NCBI RefSeq assembly: GCF_000008665.1
Contig: NC_000917.1
Span: forward strand, 1,350,001-1,382,000
DNA from: Archaeoglobus fulgidus DSM 4304
GTDB lineage: Archaea > Halobacteriota > Archaeoglobi > Archaeoglobales > Archaeoglobaceae
DNA: 32,000 nucleotides
Reading direction: 5' to 3'
Below, one piece after another: positions 8,538 to 18,650 of this stretch; positions within the stretch are counted from its first letter, which is position 1, and each line of letters opens with the position of its first letter. The position numbers were made by a program, and so were the translations under genes. The notes beneath the pieces were generated by a model. That model saw only the letters and a list, made by a program, of their open reading frames with translations, did not search any database and was not told the origin of the DNA.

Positions 8538-9698
8538 TTATGCAATTAAATATGCCAAAACCACAACGGCTGTTGTTCCAACGATGTCTGTTAGCGTTGT
8601 GGTGAGTGGGATTCCGCCGTTATCTGGGTCAACACCCACTCTGTGAAGCCAGATTGAAAGCGTTGTTGAGAAGAGCAGAACGAAGGCAGCTAATGCAAGG
8701 TAAACAATCATGAAGTAAAGGAAATCTTTCGCTTCTGGAAAAGGCGCTCCTGTAAACGTGCTGGCGAAAAGAGAGGCAAGAACGTATATTGTTGGAGCTA
8801 TCACCACTGAGGTGAGAAACACGTAGGGTGCATCGCTTAGCTTTCCGACCGACAACTCCCCGAGATGCAGCTTTGTTGAGGTTCTCGCAACCATAATGCT
8901 CCCGTAGTTTCCTATGCTCCCTATTACCGCAGGATAGGCAAAGCTCAGAAACAACGCCCTGTGTATCACTTCGCTGAACTCCTGCAGAACGTTACCAGTA
9001 ATGCTCTGGATGAGCGCGAGCAGGGAAACTATCAAAAGCGTCTCCTTGTACGCTTTTCCGTCATACCCTCCCCTTATTGAAAGGTAAACAGACATTGCGA
9101 GAGCAATTACGCATGCAACGGTTGAAATCCACGCTCCTGTGTACCTTTCAAAAAGGAAGATGAAGAGCACGATTGAGGGTATTGAAACCAAGTCTGCGAA
9201 GGTCGTTACTGCTGGGCCCATTATGTTGTCCGGGTCAAGACCTCTCCTGAAGCTTCCGATTACAATTAATGCAGTCATAACAGCGAGAATTGCAGAAATT
9301 ACAACGCTGGAATCGAGAATCACCTGAAAAGATGTTGTTAACCCCTCTTTTCCGAAGAACTTCAGCGCAGCGATGAGGAAAAGAATTAGGGCGGGAATCG
9401 TCGCAGCCCAGATGCTGAAAAAGACGTTTTTTGAGACGTACTCATCCTTGATTGTTGGATCTGACGAGCCGAGGTAGAGGGATGTGGAAATCCTTGAGCC
9501 AAGAGAGCCGAAGACGTTGCCCCTCAGCCCCATCAAACCCGGAATCACGATGAGGATTTCGGGGTAGGTTGTGAGAAGCTTTTCGAAGCTGATTCCAAGG
9601 AAGATACCGGCCCCTAAGTCGAAAATAAGGCAGAGGGCTAAGGGAACAAGAACCTGCTTAAGTGCAGAAGATATTGTAAGCTCTCTCTCTGGCTGCAA
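8538..9698 (-). CDS. SLC41/MgtE-like divalent cation transporter, duplicated MgtE membrane domain without CBS domains
   Basis: Two copies of the signature: 'GLRGNVFGSLGSRISTSLYLG...RRGLDPDNIMGPAVTTFADLVSIP' and 'AVIGSIGNYGSIMVARTSTKLHLG...RVGVDPDNGGIPLTTTLTDIVGT'. Confidence 0.88.
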   Translation of the reverse strand: MQPERELTISSALKQVLVPLALCLIFDLGAGIFLGISFEKLLTTYPEILIVIPGLMGLRGNVFGSLGSRISTSLYLGSSDPTIKDEYVSKNVFFSIWAATIPALILFLIAALKFFGKEGLTTSFQVILDSSVVISAILAVMTALIVIGSFRRGLDPDNIMGPAVTTFADLVSIPSIVLFIFLFERYTGAWISTVACVIALAMSVYLSIRGGYDGKAYKETLLIVSLLALIQSITGNVLQEFSEVIHRALFLSFAYPAVIGSIGNYGSIMVARTSTKLHLGELSVGKLSDAPYVFLTSVVIAPTIYVLASLFASTFTGAPFPEAKDFLYFMIVYLALAAFVLLFSTTLSIWLHRVGVDPDNGGIPLTTTLTDIVGTTAVVVLAYLIA

Positions 9699-9745
9699 CC
9701 AAGCACCTCAAAAAATAGAAGTGGTTCAAATATATTTCAGTTTTG

Positions 9746-10777
9746 TTAGATAATCTTCTCCTTTATCATCAGTTCAGCGTTAAGGATGCTTGCTCCCGCT
9801 GCTCCTCTGACGGTGTTGTGGCCCAATACTATGTACTTCAGCCCCCTCTCACCATCCTTCCTTATCCTGCCAACCGTGATGCTCATCCCGTTTCCAGCAT
9901 CCCTGTCGAGTCTGGGCTGGGGCCTGTCCGGCTCCTCCCTGACAATTATGACCTTCTCTGGCGAAGTTGGCAGGTCGAGGGGCTTAAGGGACTCGAAGGC
10001 TGCCTTGGCCTCTTCAACGCTCACCTCCCGGTCAAACTCAACCCAGACAGCTTCAGTGTGACCATCAATGACGGGGACTCTGTGGCAGGAGGCTGAGACT
10101 TTTATGTCCGCAAACTCAATCTTCCGGCCGTTAAACTTGCCGAGAAGCTTGAGCGGCTCCTCCTCCACTTTGTCCTCCTCACCCTTTATGAAGGGAATCA
10201 CGTTGTCGGTTATGGCGAGGGAGGGGACGCCAGGATAACCTGCACCGCTCAAGGCCTGCATTGAAGCAACCCTCACAGTCCTGAGGCCGAGGTCCATCAG
10301 CGGCTTCAGCGAGAGGACGAGAACGATGGTCGTGCAGTTGGGATTCGTCACGATGAAGCCATCCCAGCCCCTGTTTTTCTTTTGCACTTCAATCAGGCCG
10401 AGATGCTCGGGATTCACCTCAGGAATGACAAGGGGGACGTCTTCAGCCATTCTGTAGGCTGATGCATTGCTCGCAACGACAAATCCAGCCTCGGCAAACT
10501 TCGGCTCAACCTCTCTTGCGATGTCTGAGGGCAGCGCTGAGAAGACGATGTCAGCATCCACATGCTTAGGGTCCATTGGCACCATTTCGATGTCCTTGGC
10601 AATGTCCGGAACCTCTCTGGAGACTATCCAGTCCACTTCTTCACCATACTTCTTCCCCACTCTTCTTTCCGACGCTGCAAGGCTCGTCAGCTTGAACCAG
10701 GGATGCTCTGCAAGCATCTGGATGAACTTCTGCCCCACCATTCCGGTAGCCCCAAGTACTCCGACACTGTATCGCAT
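9746..10777 (-). CDS. asd: Aspartate-semialdehyde dehydrogenase
   Basis: [40 protein letters not shown] (catalytic Cys), [37 protein letters not shown]. Confidence 0.96.
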   Translation of the reverse strand: MRYSVGVLGATGMVGQKFIQMLAEHPWFKLTSLAASERRVGKKYGEEVDWIVSREVPDIAKDIEMVPMDPKHVDADIVFSALPSDIAREVEPKFAEAGFVVASNASAYRMAEDVPLVIPEVNPEHLGLIEVQKKNRGWDGFIVTNPNCTTIVLVLSLKPLMDLGLRTVRVASMQALSGAGYPGVPSLAITDNVIPFIKGEEDKVEEEPLKLLGKFNGRKIEFADIKVSASCHRVPVIDGHTEAVWVEFDREVSVEEAKAAFESLKPLDLPTSPEKVIIVREEPDRPQPRLDRDAGNGMSITVGRIRKDGERGLKYIVLGHNTVRGAAGASILNAELMIKEKII

Positions 10778-10807
10778 GGTTGAAGGACAGGGGGCAATTT
10801 AAAAAAG

Positions 10808-11146
10808 TTAGTGGTGCAACTCCTTCTCCTCTGCCCCGTTCAAAGCGAGCATTATGTTTGCCCTCAGAGTCATCTCGAAGTAAAGCTTGTCGGGCTCAAG
10901 GACGACGAACTTCTTCGGAATTGGTACGAGAAGTGTCTCATCGCAGCGGTAGCAGTGATTCCCGTTGGAGTCCACATAAATCTTCGGTGATTCGGGCTTA
11001 CTTCTCTTCACGCAAAGGTAAACCGACTTATCCTTGTTTTTCCTTACCGTTTGCATGATTTCCTCGATGGTATAGACCTTCATCAGGTTTTCCATGATAG
11101 TATCAGCAAGCTTCGAGTTGGTATCCGTCTCCTCAACAGCTTCCAT
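10808..11146 (-). CDS. Hypothetical protein
   Basis: 112 aa, plausible codon structure; contains CYRCDE (a single CxxC). No family recognised. Confidence 0.55.
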   Translation of the reverse strand: MEAVEETDTNSKLADTIMENLMKVYTIEEIMQTVRKNKDKSVYLCVKRSKPESPKIYVDSNGNHCYRCDETLLVPIPKKFVVLEPDKLYFEMTLRANIMLALNGAEEKELHH

Positions 11147-11208
11147 CTGATGTGATTGTAAGCGAGGCTAAAGATAAATCTTCTGGTTGTTTGTGCATAG
11201 CTGAACAC

Positions 11209-12651
11209 TCACCAGACAGGCCACTTATCCTTCCCAAATTCCCTTTCCATGTAGTCTATCCACGCCTCCAAACCCGATATACCGTCTTTCGCAATTATAT
11301 CTGCCACCTCTCTCTTTAAAGGTGCTATTCTTATGAAATCAAGGATACCGTAGGCAAAGCTGCCGTGAACGAAGCTCCAGTAAATGGCAAATAGAATCAC
11401 CCCGATAGAAAGCAGAGCTGCGGTGAGAGGTTCATGCTGTGGTATCGAAGTCACGAACCTCGGCCACCAGTCCGGATCGTGGAAGAGGATGAAGTAATTC
11501 AGGGCCGTCAGGGGGCCAAAAATACCAATCCTTTTCCAGTTGAATTTTCCAACGGAAATGCCGTCAAGAGAACTGTCGAGAATTCCCGCCCTTGCAAGCT
11601 TTCTCCTTACCCTCATCATCGGGTAGAGAACTATTGGAGTTGACGAAAGGAAGGCTACGGTCATTACTGGAAGCACGAAGGCGTTTAACAGATTGACAAC
11701 ACTCTCATCCAGCTCCACCCAACCCAGCTCAACCAGATAGCCCGGAACAGCCAGAGCCCTGCTGAGCGTTACGAGCAGCATCACGGTCGCCATCGCCATC
11801 TTAATGTAGTACTGTCTCACGTAGGTTGTTCCAACAGCCCCAATCTGCACACCAATGAGAGACGTTGCAAGAATCAGCGTTGTCAGTCTCAAATCCACCG
11901 CTCCGAGTAAGTAAATCCACGTGAATGTTCCAGTTGAGCCCATCACAAAGGCTATACCCAGCTCAGTTCCACTGGCAACAGCACTCGAAGCGCCAATGAG
12001 GTAAATCATCGAAGGCACTCCAATAAATCCTCCAACAGCAATGGTTGCAGCAAGAAATCCCGTTCCAAAGCCGAGAGGGATGGTTAGCCACGCAGACTGC
12101 TCCCTCCCGACGATGTTGAACTTAATCACTGGTGGGATTCTGAACTTCTGCTCCAGCTTGGCTGCAAAGCGAGGTTCGAGGTCAGAAATTCCCATCCTCC
12201 TCGCTTTCACGACATCCCTTATTAGAACTGCCGCAACAGTTGGTAAAACAATTAGGAAAGCAACACTTACGTAAAGATTCGTTCCAGTAGGTCCTAAAAG
12301 CTCATAAATGTGCTTTTGAACCTGAATACCAACCTGAACGCCAAAAATAGCAGAGGTGGCCATTAAAAGAGCGAGCTTCGGGTCGAGCTGCCTCAGCTTA
12401 TACCTTCTGTAAGCACCAATCATCGCCTTGGGGAACTTGTGGCACATGTTGGATGCAACAGCAATGGGCCCGGGAGTGCCGATGGACATCATCCCCGGAG
12501 TTAAAACGAAAGCTCCTCCAGTTCCGATAAAACCGCTCAGCATCCCGCCAAAGAAGCCGAGAGCTAAGAGAAAGAGTGCCTCAAAGGGGCCAATATGTAT
12601 GAACATGTCGGGCGTCATCGCACTTCCGCCCTGAGCGAATGCACCACCCAT
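11209..12651 (-). CDS. Large TauE/SafE family membrane transporter (sulfite/organosulfonate exporter type)
   Basis: 480 aa, 'LALGFFGGMLSGFIGTGGAFVLTPGMM' and internal repeat 'GFLAATIAVGGFIGVPSMIYLIGASSAVASGTEL'. Confidence 0.85.
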   Translation of the reverse strand: MGGAFAQGGSAMTPDMFIHIGPFEALFLLALGFFGGMLSGFIGTGGAFVLTPGMMSIGTPGPIAVASNMCHKFPKAMIGAYRRYKLRQLDPKLALLMATSAIFGVQVGIQVQKHIYELLGPTGTNLYVSVAFLIVLPTVAAVLIRDVVKARRMGISDLEPRFAAKLEQKFRIPPVIKFNIVGREQSAWLTIPLGFGTGFLAATIAVGGFIGVPSMIYLIGASSAVASGTELGIAFVMGSTGTFTWIYLLGAVDLRLTTLILATSLIGVQIGAVGTTYVRQYYIKMAMATVMLLVTLSRALAVPGYLVELGWVELDESVVNLLNAFVLPVMTVAFLSSTPIVLYPMMRVRRKLARAGILDSSLDGISVGKFNWKRIGIFGPLTALNYFILFHDPDWWPRFVTSIPQHEPLTAALLSIGVILFAIYWSFVHGSFAYGILDFIRIAPLKREVADIIAKDGISGLEAWIDYMEREFGKDKWPVW

Positions 12652-12712
12652 AATAAACTGTAGGAAGAAGTAATGATAAATCTTTCCATTTATTAAAAAT
12701 TAATACGAAAAA

Positions 12713-13501
12713 TTATGGAAAAACTCTGCCCTCAAGGCTCGGGTCGTGGCCGGGAAGAATGTTTGCCTTCTTCGCCACACTCAACGCCTTAAAGCAGCTT
12801 TCGTACCACTCAGATAGGTCAACATGAAGCCCCGGCGGGAGGAAGGGGAGGGGTGAGGTGGGAATCTCAACGGTGTTTCCTGCAGTGTCGGTCATCTGAA
12901 TGGGCTGCTTTGGCGGGAAGAAGTTGAAGTAGGTGTAGAAGTGGTCTGCAGCGAGCAGGTATGTCCCTTTCTCCGTCTCCACAGCTACTCCCTGCAGCCC
13001 CTTGGTGTGTCCCGGCAGCAGCACAGCCTTAACTCCTTCGGCAATCTCCACATCGCCGTCAATTAAGCAGAGGTCCATCTCCTCAAGTGGATAAAGCATG
13101 CTTGAATCGTAGGTCTGGCGGTAGTGCAGAGGAGGGTTTAGGGCAGACTCCCACTCCCTCTTTTGCACGTAAATCCTCGCATTGGTGAAAAGCTTGGCAT
13201 TGGCAGCGTGGTCGAAGTGAAGGTGCGTGATTATGAGCTTGTCAACATCCTCAGGCTTTAGATTTACCTTCTCCATAGCCTCTCTCAAACCCTTCTCTCC
13301 CCCACCTTTTCCCGGAAATCCGTGGAACATTCCGTTCTTAGCCTCCTCAACTCCTGAATCCACAACTATCTTCTCATCCCCGCCATCAATAACCCAGACG
13401 TAAACGGGTCCAGTGGCCATAACTCTCATGTCCCCCATCATGATAGTTACTCCAAGGGGGACGCTTATTTCAGCAACCTTCAAAGGCATTATCTTATACA
13501 T
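12713..13501 (-). CDS. Metallo-beta-lactamase fold hydrolase, AHL-lactonase-like
   Basis: 'KLIITHLHFDHAANAKLF' HxHxDH motif, 'LLPGHTKGLQGVAVETEKGTYLLAADH', 'NILPGHDP'. ATG directly abuts the TGA of the upstream acyl-CoA ligase and has SD GGAGGTG. Confidence 0.88.
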   Translation of the reverse strand: MYKIMPLKVAEISVPLGVTIMMGDMRVMATGPVYVWVIDGGDEKIVVDSGVEEAKNGMFHGFPGKGGGEKGLREAMEKVNLKPEDVDKLIITHLHFDHAANAKLFTNARIYVQKREWESALNPPLHYRQTYDSSMLYPLEEMDLCLIDGDVEIAEGVKAVLLPGHTKGLQGVAVETEKGTYLLAADHFYTYFNFFPPKQPIQMTDTAGNTVEIPTSPLPFLPPGLHVDLSEWYESCFKALSVAKKANILPGHDPSLEGRVFP

Positions 13502-15160
13502 TCAACCACCTCCCTTCTCCAATTTCTCCTTCTCCCTTTCCTGCAGCAACCTCCACAAAATCTTACCAGCCCCGCTCTTCGGAAGCTCATCATCAAACTC
13601 TACAATCCTCGGATACTTGTATGCGGCCATCTGCTGCTTCGCCCACTGGATTATCTCTTCCTCTGTGATTTTGCCCCTGTACTCAGGATTGACGACGATG
13701 AAGGCCTTAACCTCCTCAACAACCCTCTCATCCGGAACTCCTATAACACAGACCTCCTTAACTGCGGGATGCTTGTAGAGAACCGCTTCAACCTCTGCAG
13801 GCCAGACTTTGAAGCCAGAACGGTTAATCATCCTCTTAATCCTGTCAACAATGAAGAAGTAGCCGTCTTCATCCATGTAGCCGAGGTCTCCCGTTCTGAA
13901 GTATCTCTTCCCATCTATCTCAATAAATGCCTTTTCCGTCTCCTCAGGCTTGTTCCAGTATCCCTTGAAAATCTCAGGCCCTGAAACAACTATCTCTCCT
14001 TCCTCGTTTGGTGGGAGCGGCTTTCCCGTCTCGATGTCAATCACGAGGGCATCAACACCAAAATCAGGAATGCCAAGGCACTGAAGCTTTGGATTTTGGG
14101 GAGGGTTCATGTGCGTCTGGGAGATGGTCTCGGTTAAGCCGTAACCCTCCATGTACCTTATCCCCGTAAGCTGATACAGCTTCTCAGCCACGGCTTTGGG
14201 CATCGGCGCTCCCCCACCACCAACTACAAGCAGAGAGCTCAAATCCCTCTCAGCAATTTTCGGGTCGCTGAGCAGGTCAATTACCATCGTCGTTATGTTC
14301 ACCCAGTGGGTGCAGCGATACCTCTCAATCGCCTGCAAAGCTGTCTCCCTGTCCCATCTCGTAAGCAAGACCATTGTGGCACCTATGTAGACCGGAGCGA
14401 GCATTGAATGCACCATTCCTGTGACATGGAAAAACGGCAGGGTTGCCAGTGATATGGCTGAGGGGGTGAGGTTAAACCAGTGAACTGAGCTCAGAACGTT
14501 TGCTATTGCTGTAAAATGCGTGTGCATGCAGCCCTTCGGTAACCCAGTTGTGCCCGCTGTGTAGGGAATCAGGGCAAGGTCATCGCTTCCTACCATAACT
14601 TCAGGCGGATTTCTCTCCTTCATTGCCTCACTCCAGCTTGTTGTCCCCTCAACGTCAATTTTTAGCTTGGCAAAGTCTGGAACTGGCAGTGTGGGCTGCT
14701 CGGGTATGAAGTCAGAGAGGTTTCCGCAAACCACCTGAATTCCAAGCTTCTTTGCCACAGGCAGAACCCTGCCTGCAAGCTCTGAAGTTGCTACAACAAG
14801 CTTGCTGCCAGAGTCGCTCAGAACGTACTCAAGCTCCCTCTCAACAAGCATCGGATTAACTGGCACGACAGCAGCATTGGCTCTCATTATTCCGAAAAAT
14901 GCGATTACGAACTGCGGGGAGTTCTGGGCGTAGATTGCCACTCTGTCCCCTTTCTCAACCCCGGCATTGCTTAAAAAAGTGGCAAATCTCTCAACAGCGT
15001 CAAGAAGCTCATTGTACGTTATCTCCCTGCCATAGTAGATTATTGCAGCCTTATCGCCAAATCTCCTCGCAGACGTCTCGACAAACTCAAAGAGGGGAAC
15101 CCTTGGGTAGTCAAGTGTTTTTGTCAAAAGAGGGGGCCAGTGCCTGAACCAAGGTTTCAT
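13502..15160 (-). CDS. Acyl-CoA synthetase / long-chain fatty-acid-CoA ligase (AMP-forming)
   Basis: 552 aa; 'PYTAGTTGLPKGCMHTH', 'YGLTETISQTHMNP', 'YFRTGDLGYMDEDGYFFIVDRIKRMINRSGFKVWPAEVE', 'LPKSGAGKILWRLL'. Confidence 0.95.
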   Translation of the reverse strand: MKPWFRHWPPLLTKTLDYPRVPLFEFVETSARRFGDKAAIIYYGREITYNELLDAVERFATFLSNAGVEKGDRVAIYAQNSPQFVIAFFGIMRANAAVVPVNPMLVERELEYVLSDSGSKLVVATSELAGRVLPVAKKLGIQVVCGNLSDFIPEQPTLPVPDFAKLKIDVEGTTSWSEAMKERNPPEVMVGSDDLALIPYTAGTTGLPKGCMHTHFTAIANVLSSVHWFNLTPSAISLATLPFFHVTGMVHSMLAPVYIGATMVLLTRWDRETALQAIERYRCTHWVNITTMVIDLLSDPKIAERDLSSLLVVGGGGAPMPKAVAEKLYQLTGIRYMEGYGLTETISQTHMNPPQNPKLQCLGIPDFGVDALVIDIETGKPLPPNEEGEIVVSGPEIFKGYWNKPEETEKAFIEIDGKRYFRTGDLGYMDEDGYFFIVDRIKRMINRSGFKVWPAEVEAVLYKHPAVKEVCVIGVPDERVVEEVKAFIVVNPEYRGKITEEEIIQWAKQQMAAYKYPRIVEFDDELPKSGAGKILWRLLQEREKEKLEKGGG

Positions 15161-15184
15161 TATTAAACGTGAAAAAGTAAGTAT

Positions 15185-17830
15185 TTAACTGTTGCGCCTT
15201 ATGCGAATCTTGGCGTCAACAACCTCCGCACCACTTGAACTCACCATGACCGGATTGCAGTCCATTTCAACGATTTCCGGAAACTCCTCTATCAGGTAAT
15301 TTATCCTGAGTATCGTTTCAATGAAAGCCTCAACGTTGGCCTTCTCCCCACCCCTGTATCCCTCAAGAAGCCTGTATGCCTTTAGCTCCCTGACCATCTC
15401 CACCGCGTCCTGCCTCGTTATCGGCGTAACCCTCACAGAGACATCCTTCATGAGCTCAACAAGAATTCCCCCAGCCCCGCACGTAATCAAAGGCCCGAAG
15501 GACGGGTCTTCGGCGACACCTACGAACATCTCCACTCCTCTGCTCATTCTCTGCACGAGAAAGCCCTCGACCTCACCAATTCTTTTCAGCATTTCCTCGG
15601 CTTCTTTCTTGGCCTCTTTCGGAGTGAGGTTTACTTTCACAGCCCCCTTCTCGGTTTTGTGTATCAGATTTGGAGCGTGAGCCTTCAGCGCCACCCTTCC
15701 AAACTTTTTCGCGGCTTCGTAAACCTCCTCGGGTGTTTTCACGTACTCGTACTCAGGGAACGAAATGCCGAAGCATCTCAGAAGCTCGAAAGCCTCAGGC
15801 GGAGATAGCCACTCCCTCCTGCCTATTGCCTCCGCGATTATCGACGCCGCTCTTGCCCTGTCCACCTCAAATGTTGGAACGGGCTCGACGCTCTTTTCCC
15901 TCCACTTTGCATACTCTACAACCTTCCCAAGAACCTTTGCCGCTGTGTTCGGGAAGACGTAAACCGGAACCTTGACCTCATCACCTATGACGCCATCCTT
16001 CGAGTCGCTGCTTATGTAGATGTAAACAACAGGCTTCCCTACGGAATTTGCGTACTTTGCGGCGGAGATTACCGCCTTCTCGACCTCCTCGCTCTTCTCC
16101 TCACTCACCGCAGCGACGAAGATGCAAATTATCGCATCAACGTTCTCGTCTTCCGCCACTGTTTTCAGCGTTTGTCCATACATTCTGACGTCTGCCGATG
16201 CGGTCATGTCAACGGGGTTCTTCACGCTCGCTATTTCCGGCAAAAGATTTCTGAGCGATTCCTGCGTTCTCTCACTCAGCTCGGCGATTTCGAGGCCTAC
16301 CTGATGGCACCAGTCAGAGGTTATTGCGCCCAGCCCCCCACCGTTCGTGACGATGCAGACTCTGTTTCCCTTGGGCAACGGCTGATGGAGAAGGAATTCC
16401 GAGATTGAGAAGAGCTCGTCAATCGAGCTTGCCCTGATTATGCCTGTCTGCTTGAAAAGCGCATCAATTGCTATTCCTGACGACGAAACAATGGCTCCGG
16501 TGTGTGACGCGACCGCCTTTGCTCCTGCGGGAGTTACTCCTGAAGCGATGGCGAGTATCGGCTTTTTCTTCGAAATTCTCTTAGCCAGCCTTGCAAACTT
16601 TCTCGGATTGGGTATGGATTCTTGGTAGAGCATTATCAGCTTCGTCCTCCCATCCTCCTCCCAGAACTCTATGAGGTCGTTGCTCGTAATGTCTGCACTG
16701 TTGCCAAGTGAGACGAAGTACGATAAACCGAGGCCGTAGTTGTTAACCCTGTCCATTAAGGCGAGTCCTACCGCACCGCTCTGCGAGGCAAAGGCTATGC
16801 TCCCCTCATTCGGTGGGGTGGGGGCAAAGGTGGCGAGGAGCCTTGTTTCGGGAGCCGTGTTGATGATACCCATGCAGTTCGGCCCAATCAGCCTCATTCC
16901 GTACTTTCTGCAGATTTCCACCAGCTTTTTCTGCCTCTCCACACCCTCTCCGCCAACCTCAGCAAAACCAGCGGTCAGGACGAGGAGGGCCTTAACCCCT
17001 TTTTTACCGCACTCCTCGGCGACTTCAAGGGCGTATTTCACCGGAACTGAAAGGACGGCAAGCTCAACTTCGTCAGGCACCTCGGAGATTGTCGGGTAGG
17101 CTCTCACACCCATTATCGCCTTGGCAGCCCTGTTTACGGGATAAGCGACACCGTTGAACCTGTATGTGAGGAGATTGTAGAAGGTCCTTCCCCCGACCTT
17201 CTCAACATCCCTCGAAGCGCCTATTACTGCAACCGATTCCGGGTTGAAGAAGTGCTTCAGAGCGTTGAAAGTTGCGATTTTCTCCCTTTTCTCGAAGTAC
17301 TCAATCACATTCTCCGTCAAAGAGGTTGACATCCTAATTCTTATCTTCCCCCCCATTGGTGTTATCTCAACCGGAAATCCCGATTCCTTGAAGACTTCAA
17401 TGATGGCGTAGTTGTCCGCCCTCACATCAGCTTCAAAAATCTTTATTCCTCTTTTTTCCGCAATCTCTGCAAGCGCTCCGAGGAGTATCGTTCCCAAACC
17501 CCTCCCTTGAAACTCTTCCCTGACCACAAACCCCACTTCCGCGGAATCTCCGGAAGTTTTTCTGTAAACTGCGTGCCCAACAATTTTGTCTCCTAAGAGA
17601 GCTACAATTCCGAATTCGTCCTCACTGCAGACAAGATAAGATTCTACGATTTTGCAGACCTCCTCCTCGCTTGGAGTGTAGGAGAATCTCATTTTTAGCG
17701 ATTCGGTAGAGAGCGAGAGATAGAGGTCCTTTAGGCCCTCATAATCTTTCTCGTTCACAGGCCTTAAGCGAACAACGCTTCCGTCTTTGAGATAAGCTTC
17801 TCCTTCCAGACCGTAGAGTTTGACTCTCAT
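15185..17830 (-). CDS. GNAT acetyltransferase fused N-terminally to NDP-forming acyl-CoA synthetase (alpha+beta)
   Basis: 881 aa; GNAT 'AEVGFVVREEFQGRGLGTILLGALAEIAEKRGIKIFEADV...' then CoA-binding 'SVAVIGASRDVEKVGGRTFYNLL', 'ASHTGAIVSSSG', and ATP-grasp 'LITCGAGGILVELMKDVSVRVTPI'. Confidence 0.93.
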   Translation of the reverse strand: MRVKLYGLEGEAYLKDGSVVRLRPVNEKDYEGLKDLYLSLSTESLKMRFSYTPSEEEVCKIVESYLVCSEDEFGIVALLGDKIVGHAVYRKTSGDSAEVGFVVREEFQGRGLGTILLGALAEIAEKRGIKIFEADVRADNYAIIEVFKESGFPVEITPMGGKIRIRMSTSLTENVIEYFEKREKIATFNALKHFFNPESVAVIGASRDVEKVGGRTFYNLLTYRFNGVAYPVNRAAKAIMGVRAYPTISEVPDEVELAVLSVPVKYALEVAEECGKKGVKALLVLTAGFAEVGGEGVERQKKLVEICRKYGMRLIGPNCMGIINTAPETRLLATFAPTPPNEGSIAFASQSGAVGLALMDRVNNYGLGLSYFVSLGNSADITSNDLIEFWEEDGRTKLIMLYQESIPNPRKFARLAKRISKKKPILAIASGVTPAGAKAVASHTGAIVSSSGIAIDALFKQTGIIRASSIDELFSISEFLLHQPLPKGNRVCIVTNGGGLGAITSDWCHQVGLEIAELSERTQESLRNLLPEIASVKNPVDMTASADVRMYGQTLKTVAEDENVDAIICIFVAAVSEEKSEEVEKAVISAAKYANSVGKPVVYIYISSDSKDGVIGDEVKVPVYVFPNTAAKVLGKVVEYAKWREKSVEPVPTFEVDRARAASIIAEAIGRREWLSPPEAFELLRCFGISFPEYEYVKTPEEVYEAAKKFGRVALKAHAPNLIHKTEKGAVKVNLTPKEAKKEAEEMLKRIGEVEGFLVQRMSRGVEMFVGVAEDPSFGPLITCGAGGILVELMKDVSVRVTPITRQDAVEMVRELKAYRLLEGYRGGEKANVEAFIETILRINYLIEEFPEIVEMDCNPVMVSSSGAEVVDAKIRIRRNS

Positions 17831-18579
17831 TGGCTCTCAGCTTCCCGGTTTGTTAAAATACCTTTCTCGTCTTTTCCCGACAGAATCCTGAGCAGTAAAA
17901 GTCCCACCTCGTACATGATAATGAAAAGGGCAAGGCTGGCAATCTGGGTTAAACCTGTAAAATCCATCGTCAGATTTGTTATAAAAACCAGGATGAGGAT
18001 GTAGACGGGAATTCTTAAGCTCCTGTAGGTGGAGTACTTTACCACACCAAATCTGTCGGACAGCACCATGAAAAGCGGTATCTGGAAGAAGAACCCGAAG
18101 GAAATCAGCAGCTTGAAGGCGTTTGTCAGCGTTTTCTCGGCAGAGAGGTAGGGGTCGGCAGCACTTGTTAACGCAATGCTGTAAATTGTCGGAACAACGA
18201 ACTTGTAGGCAAAAAATGTTCCGAAGAGGAATATTCCGTAGCTTGGAATCAGAATGGCCTTCAAGAACCTCCTTTCGTGCTCGTAAAGCCCCGGTTTGGC
18301 AAAAAGGTAGAGCTCGTAGATAACGTACGGATACAGGAAGATAAGGGATGTGATTAATGAGAAGCCCAGCCTGATCACGACCCATTCAATGGGGGAAAAC
18401 ACGTAGATTGGGTTCTCTCCAACAAGCGAGTACCAGAAGGCCAGCAGATACGGGTAGGAAACGTAGTAAGAAATCGATACCGCTACAATCAGGATTATAC
18501 ATACCCTCAACAACCTTTTTCTGAGTTCCTCAATGTGCTCCCTCAGCTCAAGTTCTCTGTCCTCAGGCGGGCCACTCAC
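17827..18579 (-). CDS. tatC: Sec-independent (Tat) protein translocase subunit TatC
   Basis: 'LREHIEELRKRLLRV' N-terminus, 'LYPYVIYELYLFAKPGLYEHERRF', 'FKLLISFGFFFQIPL'. 4-nt overlap with the downstream synthetase gene. Confidence 0.94.
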   Translation of the reverse strand: MSGPPEDRELELREHIEELRKRLLRVCIILIVAVSISYYVSYPYLLAFWYSLVGENPIYVFSPIEWVVIRLGFSLITSLIFLYPYVIYELYLFAKPGLYEHERRFLKAILIPSYGIFLFGTFFAYKFVVPTIYSIALTSAADPYLSAEKTLTNAFKLLISFGFFFQIPLFMVLSDRFGVVKYSTYRSLRIPVYILILVFITNLTMDFTGLTQIASLALFIIMYEVGLLLLRILSGKDEKGILTNREAESQ

Positions 18580-18650
18580 AGAAACAATCTGGTTGAGAAT
18601 AATAAAGCTTTGATTTTGGTGCAGTCGTTTAGAAAATAATTCGAAAAAAG

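Noticed and set aside
13413-17099. Many plus-strand ORFs (13413-13778, 13769-13984, 15321-15680, 15670-15975, 16740-17099, etc.)
   Set aside because: All are antisense shadows of the acyl-CoA ligase and GNAT-synthetase genes; Ser/Pro/Thr-rich and without recognisable motifs.
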